The translations under genes and the position numbers were made by a program. A stretch of DNA of 44,485 nt, taken from NCBI GenBank assembly GCA_049314435.1, contig JBMOFD010000004.1:1-44485 (forward strand), written 5' to 3'. This document shows positions 37,007 to 44,485 of the stretch, one piece after another. Position 1 is the stretch's first letter; each line of letters opens with the position of its first letter. The notes under the pieces were generated by a model. That model worked only from the letters and a program-made list of their open reading frames with translations, was not told the DNA's origin and did no database searches. Source of the stretch: Chlamydiia bacterium. Its GTDB lineage: Bacteria > Chlamydiota > Chlamydiia > Chlamydiales > JBMOFD01.

Positions 37007-37062
37007 CAGCGCCTTGCGCTGATCAGTCAATAGGGGCGGGGTGCATAGCGCCCCGTGCGTTA

Positions 37063-38580
37063 ATGGAATCCATGGAATCTCTACATTCTGAAACAGAACA
37101 ACTCCACCAGGCAGCGTGCGAGCATGTACGGGTGCGCCTCTTTAATACAGAGTCGCGTCAGCAGGAGACCCTCGTTCCGACGGTCCCCGGGCAGATCCTC
37201 CTCTACACCTGTGGCCCCACGGTCTATAACTACGCGCACATTGGGAACTTCCGGACCTATGTGTTCGAGGATCTGCTGCGTCGTACCCTGCAGTACTTTG
37301 GTCTGAAGGTCATCCAGGTCATGAACTTGACCGATGTTGACGACAAGACGATCCGAGGCGCCGTGCAGAAGAAGTGCACACTGGCCGAGTTTTGCGCGCC
37401 CTTTATCGAAGCTTTCTTCGAGGATCTGCGTACGCTCAACATCCAACCTGCTGAGCACTATCCAGCAGCAACGGACTACATCAGCGGCATGATCCAGCTG
37501 ATCGAGGTCTTGATGCAGCGAGGTGTGGCCTATAAGGGAACCGATGGGTCGATCTACTTCTCTATTGAGAAGTTCCCGAACTATGGTCGGTTGAGCCATC
37601 TCGATAGACAGTGCCTCGTAGCTGGAGCCAGCCAACGAGTCGCTCATGACGAGTATGACAAGGATCACGTGTGCGACTTCGTGTTATGGAAAGCCTATGA
37701 TCCGGAGCGCGACGGGTTGATATACTGGGAGAGTCCCTACGGCAAGGGACGCCCCGGATGGCACTTAGAGTGCTCCTGCATGGCGATGAGTATCTTGGGA
37801 GAAACGGTCGACATCCACGTGGGTGGGGTCGATAACATGTTCCCTCACCATGAGAATGAGATCGCGCAGTCCGAGGCTGCCACGGGTCATACGTTTGTGA
37901 AGCACTGGATGCACTCAGAGCATCTTCTCGTCGATAACAAGAAGATGTCGAAGTCACTCGGGAACTACTACACTCTTCGCGACCTCCTGAACAAGGGATA
38001 TTCGGGTGCTGAGGTGCGCTGGGCCCTGATTTCCACCCACTACCGCACGCAGCTGAACTTCTCTCTAGATCTGTTGGAAGCTGCGAGAAAGACTCTGCAG
38101 AGATTGCAGGACTTCATTCTGCGCTTGCAGCGTCTTGCGGCGACTGGTGATGCCAAGGATCCTGCAACAGATCTGCCCGGTCGTCTGCAAGATCATCTAC
38201 ACGCCTTTGCTGTGGCTCTGGCTGATGATCTAAGCATCTCTGTGGCTCTAGCGGCTCTCTTTGAGCTGGTTCGCGATGGCAACGTCCTGATGGACCAGGG
38301 GCACCTGCACGCCGTCGATGGTCAGAGGATCTTGGCCGTTCTTAAGGACATGAACCACGTGGTGGGGTGTATGGACTTTACTGTGGCTGAGGAGGCGATC
38401 CCAGCTGCATTGGAGCAACTACTTGTTGAACGTAACGAAGCGCGTGCTACCAAGAACTGGAAGAGAGCGGACGAATTACGCGCGGCCATACAGGCAGAGG
38501 GATATCTGATTGAGGATAGCTCTGAAGGAGCACGTCTCAAGAAAATGAAAGGGCCCATTGTGGCCGCAGGGAAATCATGA
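37063..38580 (+). CDS. cysS: Cysteine--tRNA ligase
   Basis: YTCGPTVY, HIGN, GRPGWHLEC, FPHHENE, KMSKS. Confidence 0.98.
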   Translation: MESMESLHSETEQLHQAACEHVRVRLFNTESRQQETLVPTVPGQILLYTCGPTVYNYAHIGNFRTYVFEDLLRRTLQYFGLKVIQVMNLTDVDDKTIRGAVQKKCTLAEFCAPFIEAFFEDLRTLNIQPAEHYPAATDYISGMIQLIEVLMQRGVAYKGTDGSIYFSIEKFPNYGRLSHLDRQCLVAGASQRVAHDEYDKDHVCDFVLWKAYDPERDGLIYWESPYGKGRPGWHLECSCMAMSILGETVDIHVGGVDNMFPHHENEIAQSEAATGHTFVKHWMHSEHLLVDNKKMSKSLGNYYTLRDLLNKGYSGAEVRWALISTHYRTQLNFSLDLLEAARKTLQRLQDFILRLQRLAATGDAKDPATDLPGRLQDHLHAFAVALADDLSISVALAALFELVRDGNVLMDQGHLHAVDGQRILAVLKDMNHVVGCMDFTVAEEAIPAALEQLLVERNEARATKNWKRADELRAAIQAEGYLIEDSSEGARLKKMKGPIVAAGKS

Positions 38581-38828
38581 CCAAAGAAGAGAAGATGCTT
38601 TTGGCGATTGCCCAACTCAGCCAGAAGCTGCACGGGAGCTGGGAAGAGCCCGTGCCGTCAGCTCAGGTGATCCAAGCTATGTCTTTAACATCACATTCGT
38701 TCTGGAACATGTTCAATGGGATGGCACGCGCTAACTTTCTGAGAAAGAATGGCCAAGATCAGGTCTGGGTAACGCCACATGGCATGACCTTGGTTGAAGA
38801 GCTATTGCCCAAGAAGGCCTCTAAGTAG
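38577..38828 (+). CDS. Small hypothetical protein, winged-helix-like
   Basis: ATGA overlap with cysS; TKEEKML...MARANFLRK...VWVTPHG pattern. Confidence 0.7.
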   Translation: MTKEEKMLLAIAQLSQKLHGSWEEPVPSAQVIQAMSLTSHSFWNMFNGMARANFLRKNGQDQVWVTPHGMTLVEELLPKKASK

Positions 38829-39120
38829 CGATTGGAGGGGGTTGCCTTGGTGGTGGCACTGGAGGCTTCTTAGGCATAGGCGGTGGCGGAGGTATCATGG
38901 TTCCATGAGAGAAATACGCTGATCGTTCTCTGCCGTCGGCATACTGGATATGTCCTCGACCTTCCATGTGCCCATCTACAAATGAACCCGTGTCGGTAGA
39001 GCCTTGCGAGGAGGTGAGCACGCCGTGGCCAGAGGGCTGTCCGTTGTGGAATTCGCCCATGTATTGAGTGCCCTCATAGATGAGGCGACCGTTGCTCGAG
39101 AAGGGTGCGCTGAGGAGCAC
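38821..39120 (-). CDS. MORN-repeat plus polyproline protein (in frame with the upstream 667-aa gene)
   Basis: YMGEFHNGQPSGHG, DTGSFVDGHMEGRG MORN repeats followed by PPPPPMPKKPPVPPP. Confidence 0.7.
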   Translation of the reverse strand: MLLSAPFSSNGRLIYEGTQYMGEFHNGQPSGHGVLTSSQGSTDTGSFVDGHMEGRGHIQYADGRERSAYFSHGTMIPPPPPMPKKPPVPPPRQPPPIAT

Positions 39121-39204
39121 GCCCCAGCTGGATGTGCCGTCATCGCCCCTTGGAATGGATTCTTCCTCAGGAAAAATCTCCGGCTAGCGAGTCGATGGTG
39201 GTGG

Positions 39205-41208
39205 CTAGCGAGGTGGGGGCGGGGGTGGCGCCGGCCTGTTTGATCTTGGAGGTAGTGGAGGGGGAGGCTCGGACTGGATGGGCTTTGGGACCACGCGTGG
39301 AGCTGGGTGCCTGGGCGGAAGGGGTGGCGGCTTGTTGTGCTCTGAAGGCATGTTTGGGGCCGCTCTTGACGGCGCAGATCTTGTTGCCAGCGGTGGCGGC
39401 GGACCGGGCGGTGGTGGTGGCTGTGGGAGCAAGACGCCCTGTTTGAAGCGCCCTCGTTCCATCCGGCCATCGGGGTGAGTCCGTCGCCCCATGCCCTCTA
39501 ACTGGCCATTGACGAAGTGGCCCTCTTCTACCCGTCCATCATCATAGACTCGCCTACTTACACCCCTCTCTGCATTGAGCTGCACGGGAGAAGGCGTGAG
39601 ACTGTTCAAGGAGGGTTTCTTAGCGTTCGCTTCCTCTTCGATCGTGGAGAAAGCTTGGTCGATGGCCAAGGGTGTTCTGGTGAGCTGCGATCCTAGGGAT
39701 GATTGGACTGTATCGGGAGATGTCAGACCTTCTACAGATGGGGAAGACGAGTCTGGTGATCCGCCGGGTAGTGAAGGGGCTAGAATTTCAGCGCTCCGGG
39801 GATTGCCCATCCGGCATAGCTCGCTATTTTCAGCCTCATCCAGGGAATACGCATGTGAGACCAGCTTCTCTGCTTCTATGAAGGCAGAATCGGTCTTAAG
39901 GTTCACAAGGAGCTCAAGACATTGTTTAAGTGGTGGGATTCGTTCGTGGGCGCGCCAGGCGTCCGTTTCTAAATAGTCAATGATCCCATTCAAAAGGCGT
40001 GGTATGGCTTTGTTTCCAGACAGAGCCACCGAGTCGCGTAGTTCGCCAAGCTGTAGGAGCAGATAGCGAAGTGCCTCTTGACCCAGAGACCCTTCAGGCA
40101 ATGCATTCTTAGCATAGTCTGTCAGCAGTTCTATGGTGCTCTCAAAGTTCTCTACAGGGCCTTTTGTGTTATGGGCCCAGTACTTCTGCAGCTCTGGGAG
40201 AGTGTGTAGGTTATCTATGTCAAGCTCCCCGATGAACGTTGAGACCACTTCTTCGTAGGGCCCAAGAGGTCGATTGAATGGAGGGGTTCGGCTGCGGTAT
40301 TCGAGGATCTCAGCTGCGGATGGATTTCCGCGCCTGAGAAGCTCTTGATTGGTGCTGGGGTCTAGAGAGTAGCCATGTGCCGTCAGGGCCAGCGCCTCTT
40401 GAATCATCGGGTAATCAGAGCGAAGCTTCTCGAGTGTTGCGAGAGCGAGCGCCAGGACCTTTTGATCGTTGTCGCGAAGGGGCAGACCGCGGGTGGCTAC
40501 CTTGGCAAAAGTCGCGACGACTGCGACGACTCGATCGATGAGATGGAGTTCCTCCTTGGGGATGAGCCTATAGACGTCGAGCAAGCGGAGGCATTCACTG
40601 AACTCATTAAACTGAAGGGCTAGATAGGGGAGGTAAGCCTTTCCAATCGCTTGCCGCATGAGGGGGTCTGAGGGCTTGAGCTCTGTGGAATCCTTGTCCA
40701 GAAAGATCACGGCTCTCGATAGATTCTCTATGGCTGAGCGGGGGTTATCTTCCCATGCGCCACCCACGCCTTCTGTAGCCAGAAGTTTGGAGGCTTCTCT
40801 AACGGCATCTCCGTAGCTGAGGGAACGCGTGCCTGCCGCTTGTACTGAAAATCTACTTTTCGCAGCATCTCCGTGGAGGACCTTGCAGCGCAGCTTTAGG
40901 TGGTCCTCTGCTTTATCAGTCTTACCGTGTCGGAGAAAATCCTTAATGCGTTCGTAGTCGCTGATCTCGTAGCGAACCGTAGGGTCTTGCCCAAAGTGCT
41001 TGATCGCTAAAAGGCTGGCCCGTTGATCAAGACTCTCATCAGTGACAGAGACCCTTCGGTCAGAGGGGAACCCCCAGGACGGCATACGGTCCGTCGGAAC
41101 AGAACGATCCTTGACAGGCCTAGGAACGAAGAGCGCATGGGTGATTTCAGGAGCAGGAGAAAATGGCAGCGAAGTTCGCTGGGGGTCTGGATTAGCGGAG
41201 TGGGCCAT
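39205..41208 (-). CDS. Candidate effector: duplicated helical domain, MORN repeats and polyproline tail
   Basis: 667 aa; GGAGG RBS; EEGHFVNGQLEGMG MORN-like repeats; PPPPPGPPPP, PPPLPPR twice. Confidence 0.82.
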   Translation of the reverse strand: MAHSANPDPQRTSLPFSPAPEITHALFVPRPVKDRSVPTDRMPSWGFPSDRRVSVTDESLDQRASLLAIKHFGQDPTVRYEISDYERIKDFLRHGKTDKAEDHLKLRCKVLHGDAAKSRFSVQAAGTRSLSYGDAVREASKLLATEGVGGAWEDNPRSAIENLSRAVIFLDKDSTELKPSDPLMRQAIGKAYLPYLALQFNEFSECLRLLDVYRLIPKEELHLIDRVVAVVATFAKVATRGLPLRDNDQKVLALALATLEKLRSDYPMIQEALALTAHGYSLDPSTNQELLRRGNPSAAEILEYRSRTPPFNRPLGPYEEVVSTFIGELDIDNLHTLPELQKYWAHNTKGPVENFESTIELLTDYAKNALPEGSLGQEALRYLLLQLGELRDSVALSGNKAIPRLLNGIIDYLETDAWRAHERIPPLKQCLELLVNLKTDSAFIEAEKLVSHAYSLDEAENSELCRMGNPRSAEILAPSLPGGSPDSSSPSVEGLTSPDTVQSSLGSQLTRTPLAIDQAFSTIEEEANAKKPSLNSLTPSPVQLNAERGVSRRVYDDGRVEEGHFVNGQLEGMGRRTHPDGRMERGRFKQGVLLPQPPPPPGPPPPLATRSAPSRAAPNMPSEHNKPPPLPPRHPAPRVVPKPIQSEPPPPLPPRSNRPAPPPPPPR

Positions 41209-41255
41209 CGTGAGCCTCCATCATGATGAGGCTCTTCTACAGCTATGAAGGAATT

Positions 41256-41303
41256 GAAAAAACCGTGGTCCCAGTGGGATCAATTAGCTGATCCCACTGG
41301 GAC
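41256..41303 (-). terminator. Perfect 15-bp hairpin with U-tract on the minus strand (intrinsic terminator)
   Basis: GTCCCAGTGGGATCA (41268-41282) / TGATCCCACTGGGAC (41289-41303), followed on the minus strand by CACGG-TTTTTT. Confidence 0.7.
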
Positions 41304-41317
41304 GAGGGCTCAATACA

Positions 41318-41520
41318 GCTCGTCTAAACAGTGATCAAACATGGGCTTGGTTCAACCCAGGGTTACACCTTGGAACCGATCGGGCCATCCTTAAAAATTG
41401 TCTCTATGCATGCTTGGACAGCTTTTCTGATAGTCCTAGGTCTCTAGCTAATGTAACCCTCCCAGGTCTGCTTTTGAACCAGGCCGGTCCATGTAGAGGG
41501 TTGTATAGGTTTTTAGGAGC
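41318..41520. ncRNA. Candidate rod-shaped structured RNA or MITE-like element
   Basis: Nested complementary blocks ACATGG/CCATGT, GGCTTGGTTCAA/TTGAACCAGGCC, AGGGTTACA/TGTAACCCT, CCTTGGA/TCCTAGG, ATCGG/CTGAT, TGTC/GACA. Confidence 0.4.
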
Positions 41521-41570
41521 GGCATGACGAGGTGGCCAACTCCTCCGGATAGAGACGAGTTGGTCGGAGG

Positions 41571-42482
41571 CTATCTCTGTCCCCTACGATGATCTAGTTG
41601 AGCTCCGCGATGCGTCATCTGGTTCATGGCCTTGGCTTGTGCCTTGCCGACCTTGTGCTGAGTCTTCTCCTCGCGACATGCCTGGGTAGAGAACCTTCGG
41701 CCACTGTGGCCAGTGACCGAAGGTCTATGTTGAGACAAGTTCCCTAGGTGGTAGAAGCCAAGAGAACGGGTTTCCCTAGACACCACGTGAATGGCGGGAA
41801 GGCCGTTTTGGTCCACCAATTTGAAGGCGGAGGGTGGTGCTGCCACAAGCTTGATCACGCCAGTCGGATGTCCATAGCAGCCAGGATCCCTGATAGCCGG
41901 AGAATGCCAGGCCTGCACAAGCGCATGGAAGGCCTCATCGATCTCAGATAGACTGACAGCAGCTTCTATCAAGGAACGGAGCCTCCCAAGAGGATGCGAT
42001 TCTCCCAGGCGGTTTGCTAGAAGCTTATGCAGCCGTTCCCAATTGATCTCCCGAGATTGTGGATAGACGATCTCGGTGGGCGGACAACGAGTGAGTGGCT
42101 CACAGTTCACCTTGCTGTACGTTTCATACGAACGCGTTGGAACCATGCTGACATGATCGCCAGACTTGATTTCCCTCTCGTGGCCCCTCCCCATGAGAGA
42201 TCCGCCGAGGGTCTCTAGACAGACTACGGCCTTGCGGTAAGCGTCTTTGGCAGTGCCAGCAGCCATGAAATCGCTGGCTAGCACATCAAAGTGTGGCGCT
42301 GAAGGGTCTGTGGAGTCCCAGTGTGCTCCTACAAGCTGTACATCCCTCCAATCCAGCCATTGGACCACCCCGAGCGCCGGTTCTCGGCCACTTGATGAGG
42401 TGGAGATGGCTCTGGATCCCGCTTCGAGAAGAGTCGCGGTTTGAGGGGCTCGGTGGGCAAGGGAATGAACTGCAGATAGCAT
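41571..42482 (-). CDS. Hypothetical protein, candidate effector
   Basis: 303-aa ORF between lysS and the MORN gene; no confidently recognised domain. Confidence 0.7.
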   Translation of the reverse strand: MLSAVHSLAHRAPQTATLLEAGSRAISTSSSGREPALGVVQWLDWRDVQLVGAHWDSTDPSAPHFDVLASDFMAAGTAKDAYRKAVVCLETLGGSLMGRGHEREIKSGDHVSMVPTRSYETYSKVNCEPLTRCPPTEIVYPQSREINWERLHKLLANRLGESHPLGRLRSLIEAAVSLSEIDEAFHALVQAWHSPAIRDPGCYGHPTGVIKLVAAPPSAFKLVDQNGLPAIHVVSRETRSLGFYHLGNLSQHRPSVTGHSGRRFSTQACREEKTQHKVGKAQAKAMNQMTHRGAQLDHRRGQR

Positions 42483-42644
42483 GGTCGGTCGCTCCGAAAG
42501 AACGTGTGGTCGGTGCGGTTATGTTAGGATTGTATTAGGAAGACTACAAGGACTATCTCGGATCTCCATAAGAAATCCATACTGAAAATAGGCAAGCCCA
42601 CTGACAACATGGGTGTTGCGAGTGGGCTTGCAGGCGCGTAGAGG

Positions 42645-44261
42645 CTAGACCTGGTCGGTGCCAGCTGCGTGCGCTTCCTCTCCATGGCATTCTGGGCGCA
42701 TCAGAGGAAAGAAGAGCACGTCTCGGATCGACTCTGCGTGGGTCATCATCATGACGAGACGGTCGATGCCGATTCCGAGTCCACCAGCAGGTGGCATGCC
42801 TTGGCAGATCGCTTCGATGAACTCTTCGTCCAGCGGAGAGGCTTCTTCATTGCCAGCGTCCCTCTGGGCCGCCTGATCCACTAGAAGTGACCGCTGCAGC
42901 TCGGGGTCATTGAGCTCGGTGTAGCTGTTGCACAGCTCTCCACCCAGAACAAACGACTCAAAACGTTCAACGAGTCCAAGGGCTCTTCTAGCCGGGTCTC
43001 GGTGCAGCTTGCAGAGAGGGGTCGTTTCGATCGGATGGTCGATGATGTGATGCGGCTGGATCAGATGCTTCTCACAGAGCTCTTCAAAGAGAAGCTGGAT
43101 GAGAAGACCGCGAGGAGCCTTAGCAAAGGTCGTTGGATCTAGATGTGTGCGATCGCGCAGAGCTTGTCGGAGCTGCTCATCGGATTGTCCTTCGACATCG
43201 ATCCCGCCATACGTCTGGATCGCTCCATACATCGTCATACGACGCCATGGTGTCTTAAAGCTCACAGTGTGTTCGGTGCCATCTTTAGCGAGAGCGCGTA
43301 CTTCTGTGGTGCCATGCAGTTCAAGAGCCAGCCGTTCCAGGAGATTCTCCACCAGGCGCATCATGTCGTTGTAGTCCCAGTAGGCCGCATAGGCCTCGAG
43401 CATCGTGAACTCGGGATTGTGTGTCTTGTCGATCCCCTCGTTACGGAAGACCTTACCTATCTCAAACACGCGCTCGAGCCCACCAATCAGGAGCTCCTTA
43501 AGAGGGATCTCCAGGCTGATCCTGAGGAACATCTCTGTATCCAGCGCATTCAGATGAGTCATGAAGGGCCGAGCAGCGGCTCCGCCATAGACGTTCTGTA
43601 GGACAGGCGTCTCGACCTCGATGAAGCCCTGCTCACCGAAGTACTGGCGAATGAGCTTGATGAGGAGCGAGCGACGGAGGAAGGTCTGACGCACCTCAGG
43701 GTGGACGATCAGATCGAGCCAGCGCTTGCGATAGCGGATTTCTTTGTCGACCAACCCAGCATGCTTATCGGGCAGAGGCAGAAGTGTCTTGCAGAGGAGT
43801 GTGACCTGCTTGGCAAAGACGGTGAGTTCACCCTTTTGAGTGCGGAAGAGATGGCCCTCAACGCCGATCCAGTCCCCCAGATCCACCCGCTTCTCAAGGA
43901 ACTTCATATGGGATTCAGCTTCGCTGGGTGTGAATCCCACGACATGCGTCTGTTCGCGATTCAGCATCACCTGAATGCGGCCGCCTCCATCCTGGAGGGT
44001 AAGGAAGGCGTTCTTGCCCATGGCCCTAAAGAGCACCACACGACCCGCTATCTTCACGGAGGGCGTGACGCCTGCAGCGGCATCATCGCTATGGCCTAGT
44101 GTCTCGTGTTCGTATTGTCGGCTTAAGCCCTCTGCATGATCAGAAGGAGTGAACTGAGCTGGGTAGGGATCCAGGGGAAGCTGGCGGAGCTGTTGGAGTT
44201 TCTGCGTACGCAGTTGAAACTCCTCATGCTGGTGGTAGTCGGGCTCCTGCATCTGGACCAT
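42645..44261 (-). CDS. lysS: Lysine--tRNA ligase (class II)
   Basis: RYRKRWLDL, FIEVETP, YGGAAARPF, FRNEG...HNPEFTMLEAY, GMPPAGGLGIGIDRL; ATG 44261 has a GAGG RBS (ORF open to 44291). Confidence 0.98.
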   Translation of the reverse strand: MVQMQEPDYHQHEEFQLRTQKLQQLRQLPLDPYPAQFTPSDHAEGLSRQYEHETLGHSDDAAAGVTPSVKIAGRVVLFRAMGKNAFLTLQDGGGRIQVMLNREQTHVVGFTPSEAESHMKFLEKRVDLGDWIGVEGHLFRTQKGELTVFAKQVTLLCKTLLPLPDKHAGLVDKEIRYRKRWLDLIVHPEVRQTFLRRSLLIKLIRQYFGEQGFIEVETPVLQNVYGGAAARPFMTHLNALDTEMFLRISLEIPLKELLIGGLERVFEIGKVFRNEGIDKTHNPEFTMLEAYAAYWDYNDMMRLVENLLERLALELHGTTEVRALAKDGTEHTVSFKTPWRRMTMYGAIQTYGGIDVEGQSDEQLRQALRDRTHLDPTTFAKAPRGLLIQLLFEELCEKHLIQPHHIIDHPIETTPLCKLHRDPARRALGLVERFESFVLGGELCNSYTELNDPELQRSLLVDQAAQRDAGNEEASPLDEEFIEAICQGMPPAGGLGIGIDRLVMMMTHAESIRDVLFFPLMRPECHGEEAHAAGTDQV

Positions 44262-44485
44262 ATCGCCTCGTGGAAAGGCCACCATCATCAAAGAGAATCG
44301 AAAAAAAGTCGATCAGATGAGAACTCATTGGATTTTGCGATTTAGAGAGATCCCCTTGAAATCTCCAGATTTGCTACACCGAAGAGCATAGAGGGGAACG
44401 ATCGTTTGTTCCCACGATCGTTGTGGGGAGCATCCATGAGCAAGGGCTATCGTCGCTGGATCTGGTTGGGTGGCATGGTCTCCGG

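Noticed and set aside
39184..39207. Genome-wide amber (TAG) reassignment
   Set aside because: Conserved genes such as miaA, fabF, yebC and lysS end at TAG at expected positions.
38976..39470. 164-aa alternative-frame ORF spanning the MORN genes
   Set aside because: His/Arg-rich off-frame translation of proline codons; no motif support.
1..44485. CRISPR array, integrase, transposase or prophage genes
   Set aside because: No regularly spaced short repeats and no recognisable recombinase or phage ORFs were seen.
44292..44485. Lysine riboswitch or T-box upstream of lysS
   Set aside because: Only short hairpins; no T-box or L-box consensus recognisable.

Overview
This 44.5-kb window looks like an environmental Chlamydiae-type chromosome segment. 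The backbone resembles two Chlamydia loci from recalled gene order: SWIB-lpxG-truA / prfB-GNAT-yebC, and rsbV-miaA-CT768-like-nadD-rsfS-fabF-NUDIX-aas-cysS...lysS. Accessory DNA is inserted into it: two tandem paralogous effector-like genes with duplicated promoters; an AAA-DUF4143/SDR/Ada/Tag/Fic block; an MNT-HepT toxin-antitoxin pair between rsfS and a decayed copy of the rsfS 3' end, which itself carries a 118-bp MITE; a 2503-aa charge-poor surface protein with 188-aa repeats plus a Cys-rich secreted partner; and MORN/polyproline effector candidates between cysS and lysS. The most striking features are: (i) a tRNA-Ser(CGA) lying inside one continuous reading frame of two tandem GNAT genes, which are separated only by a UGA in the tRNA D-arm, directly behind the UGA-autoregulated prfB; (ii) the giant repeat protein locus; (iii) a MORN/polyproline frame interrupted by two amber codons; (iv) a ~200-nt rod-like structured intergenic element next to a 15-bp perfect hairpin. 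All assignments come from motif recognition by eye; no database searches were run.
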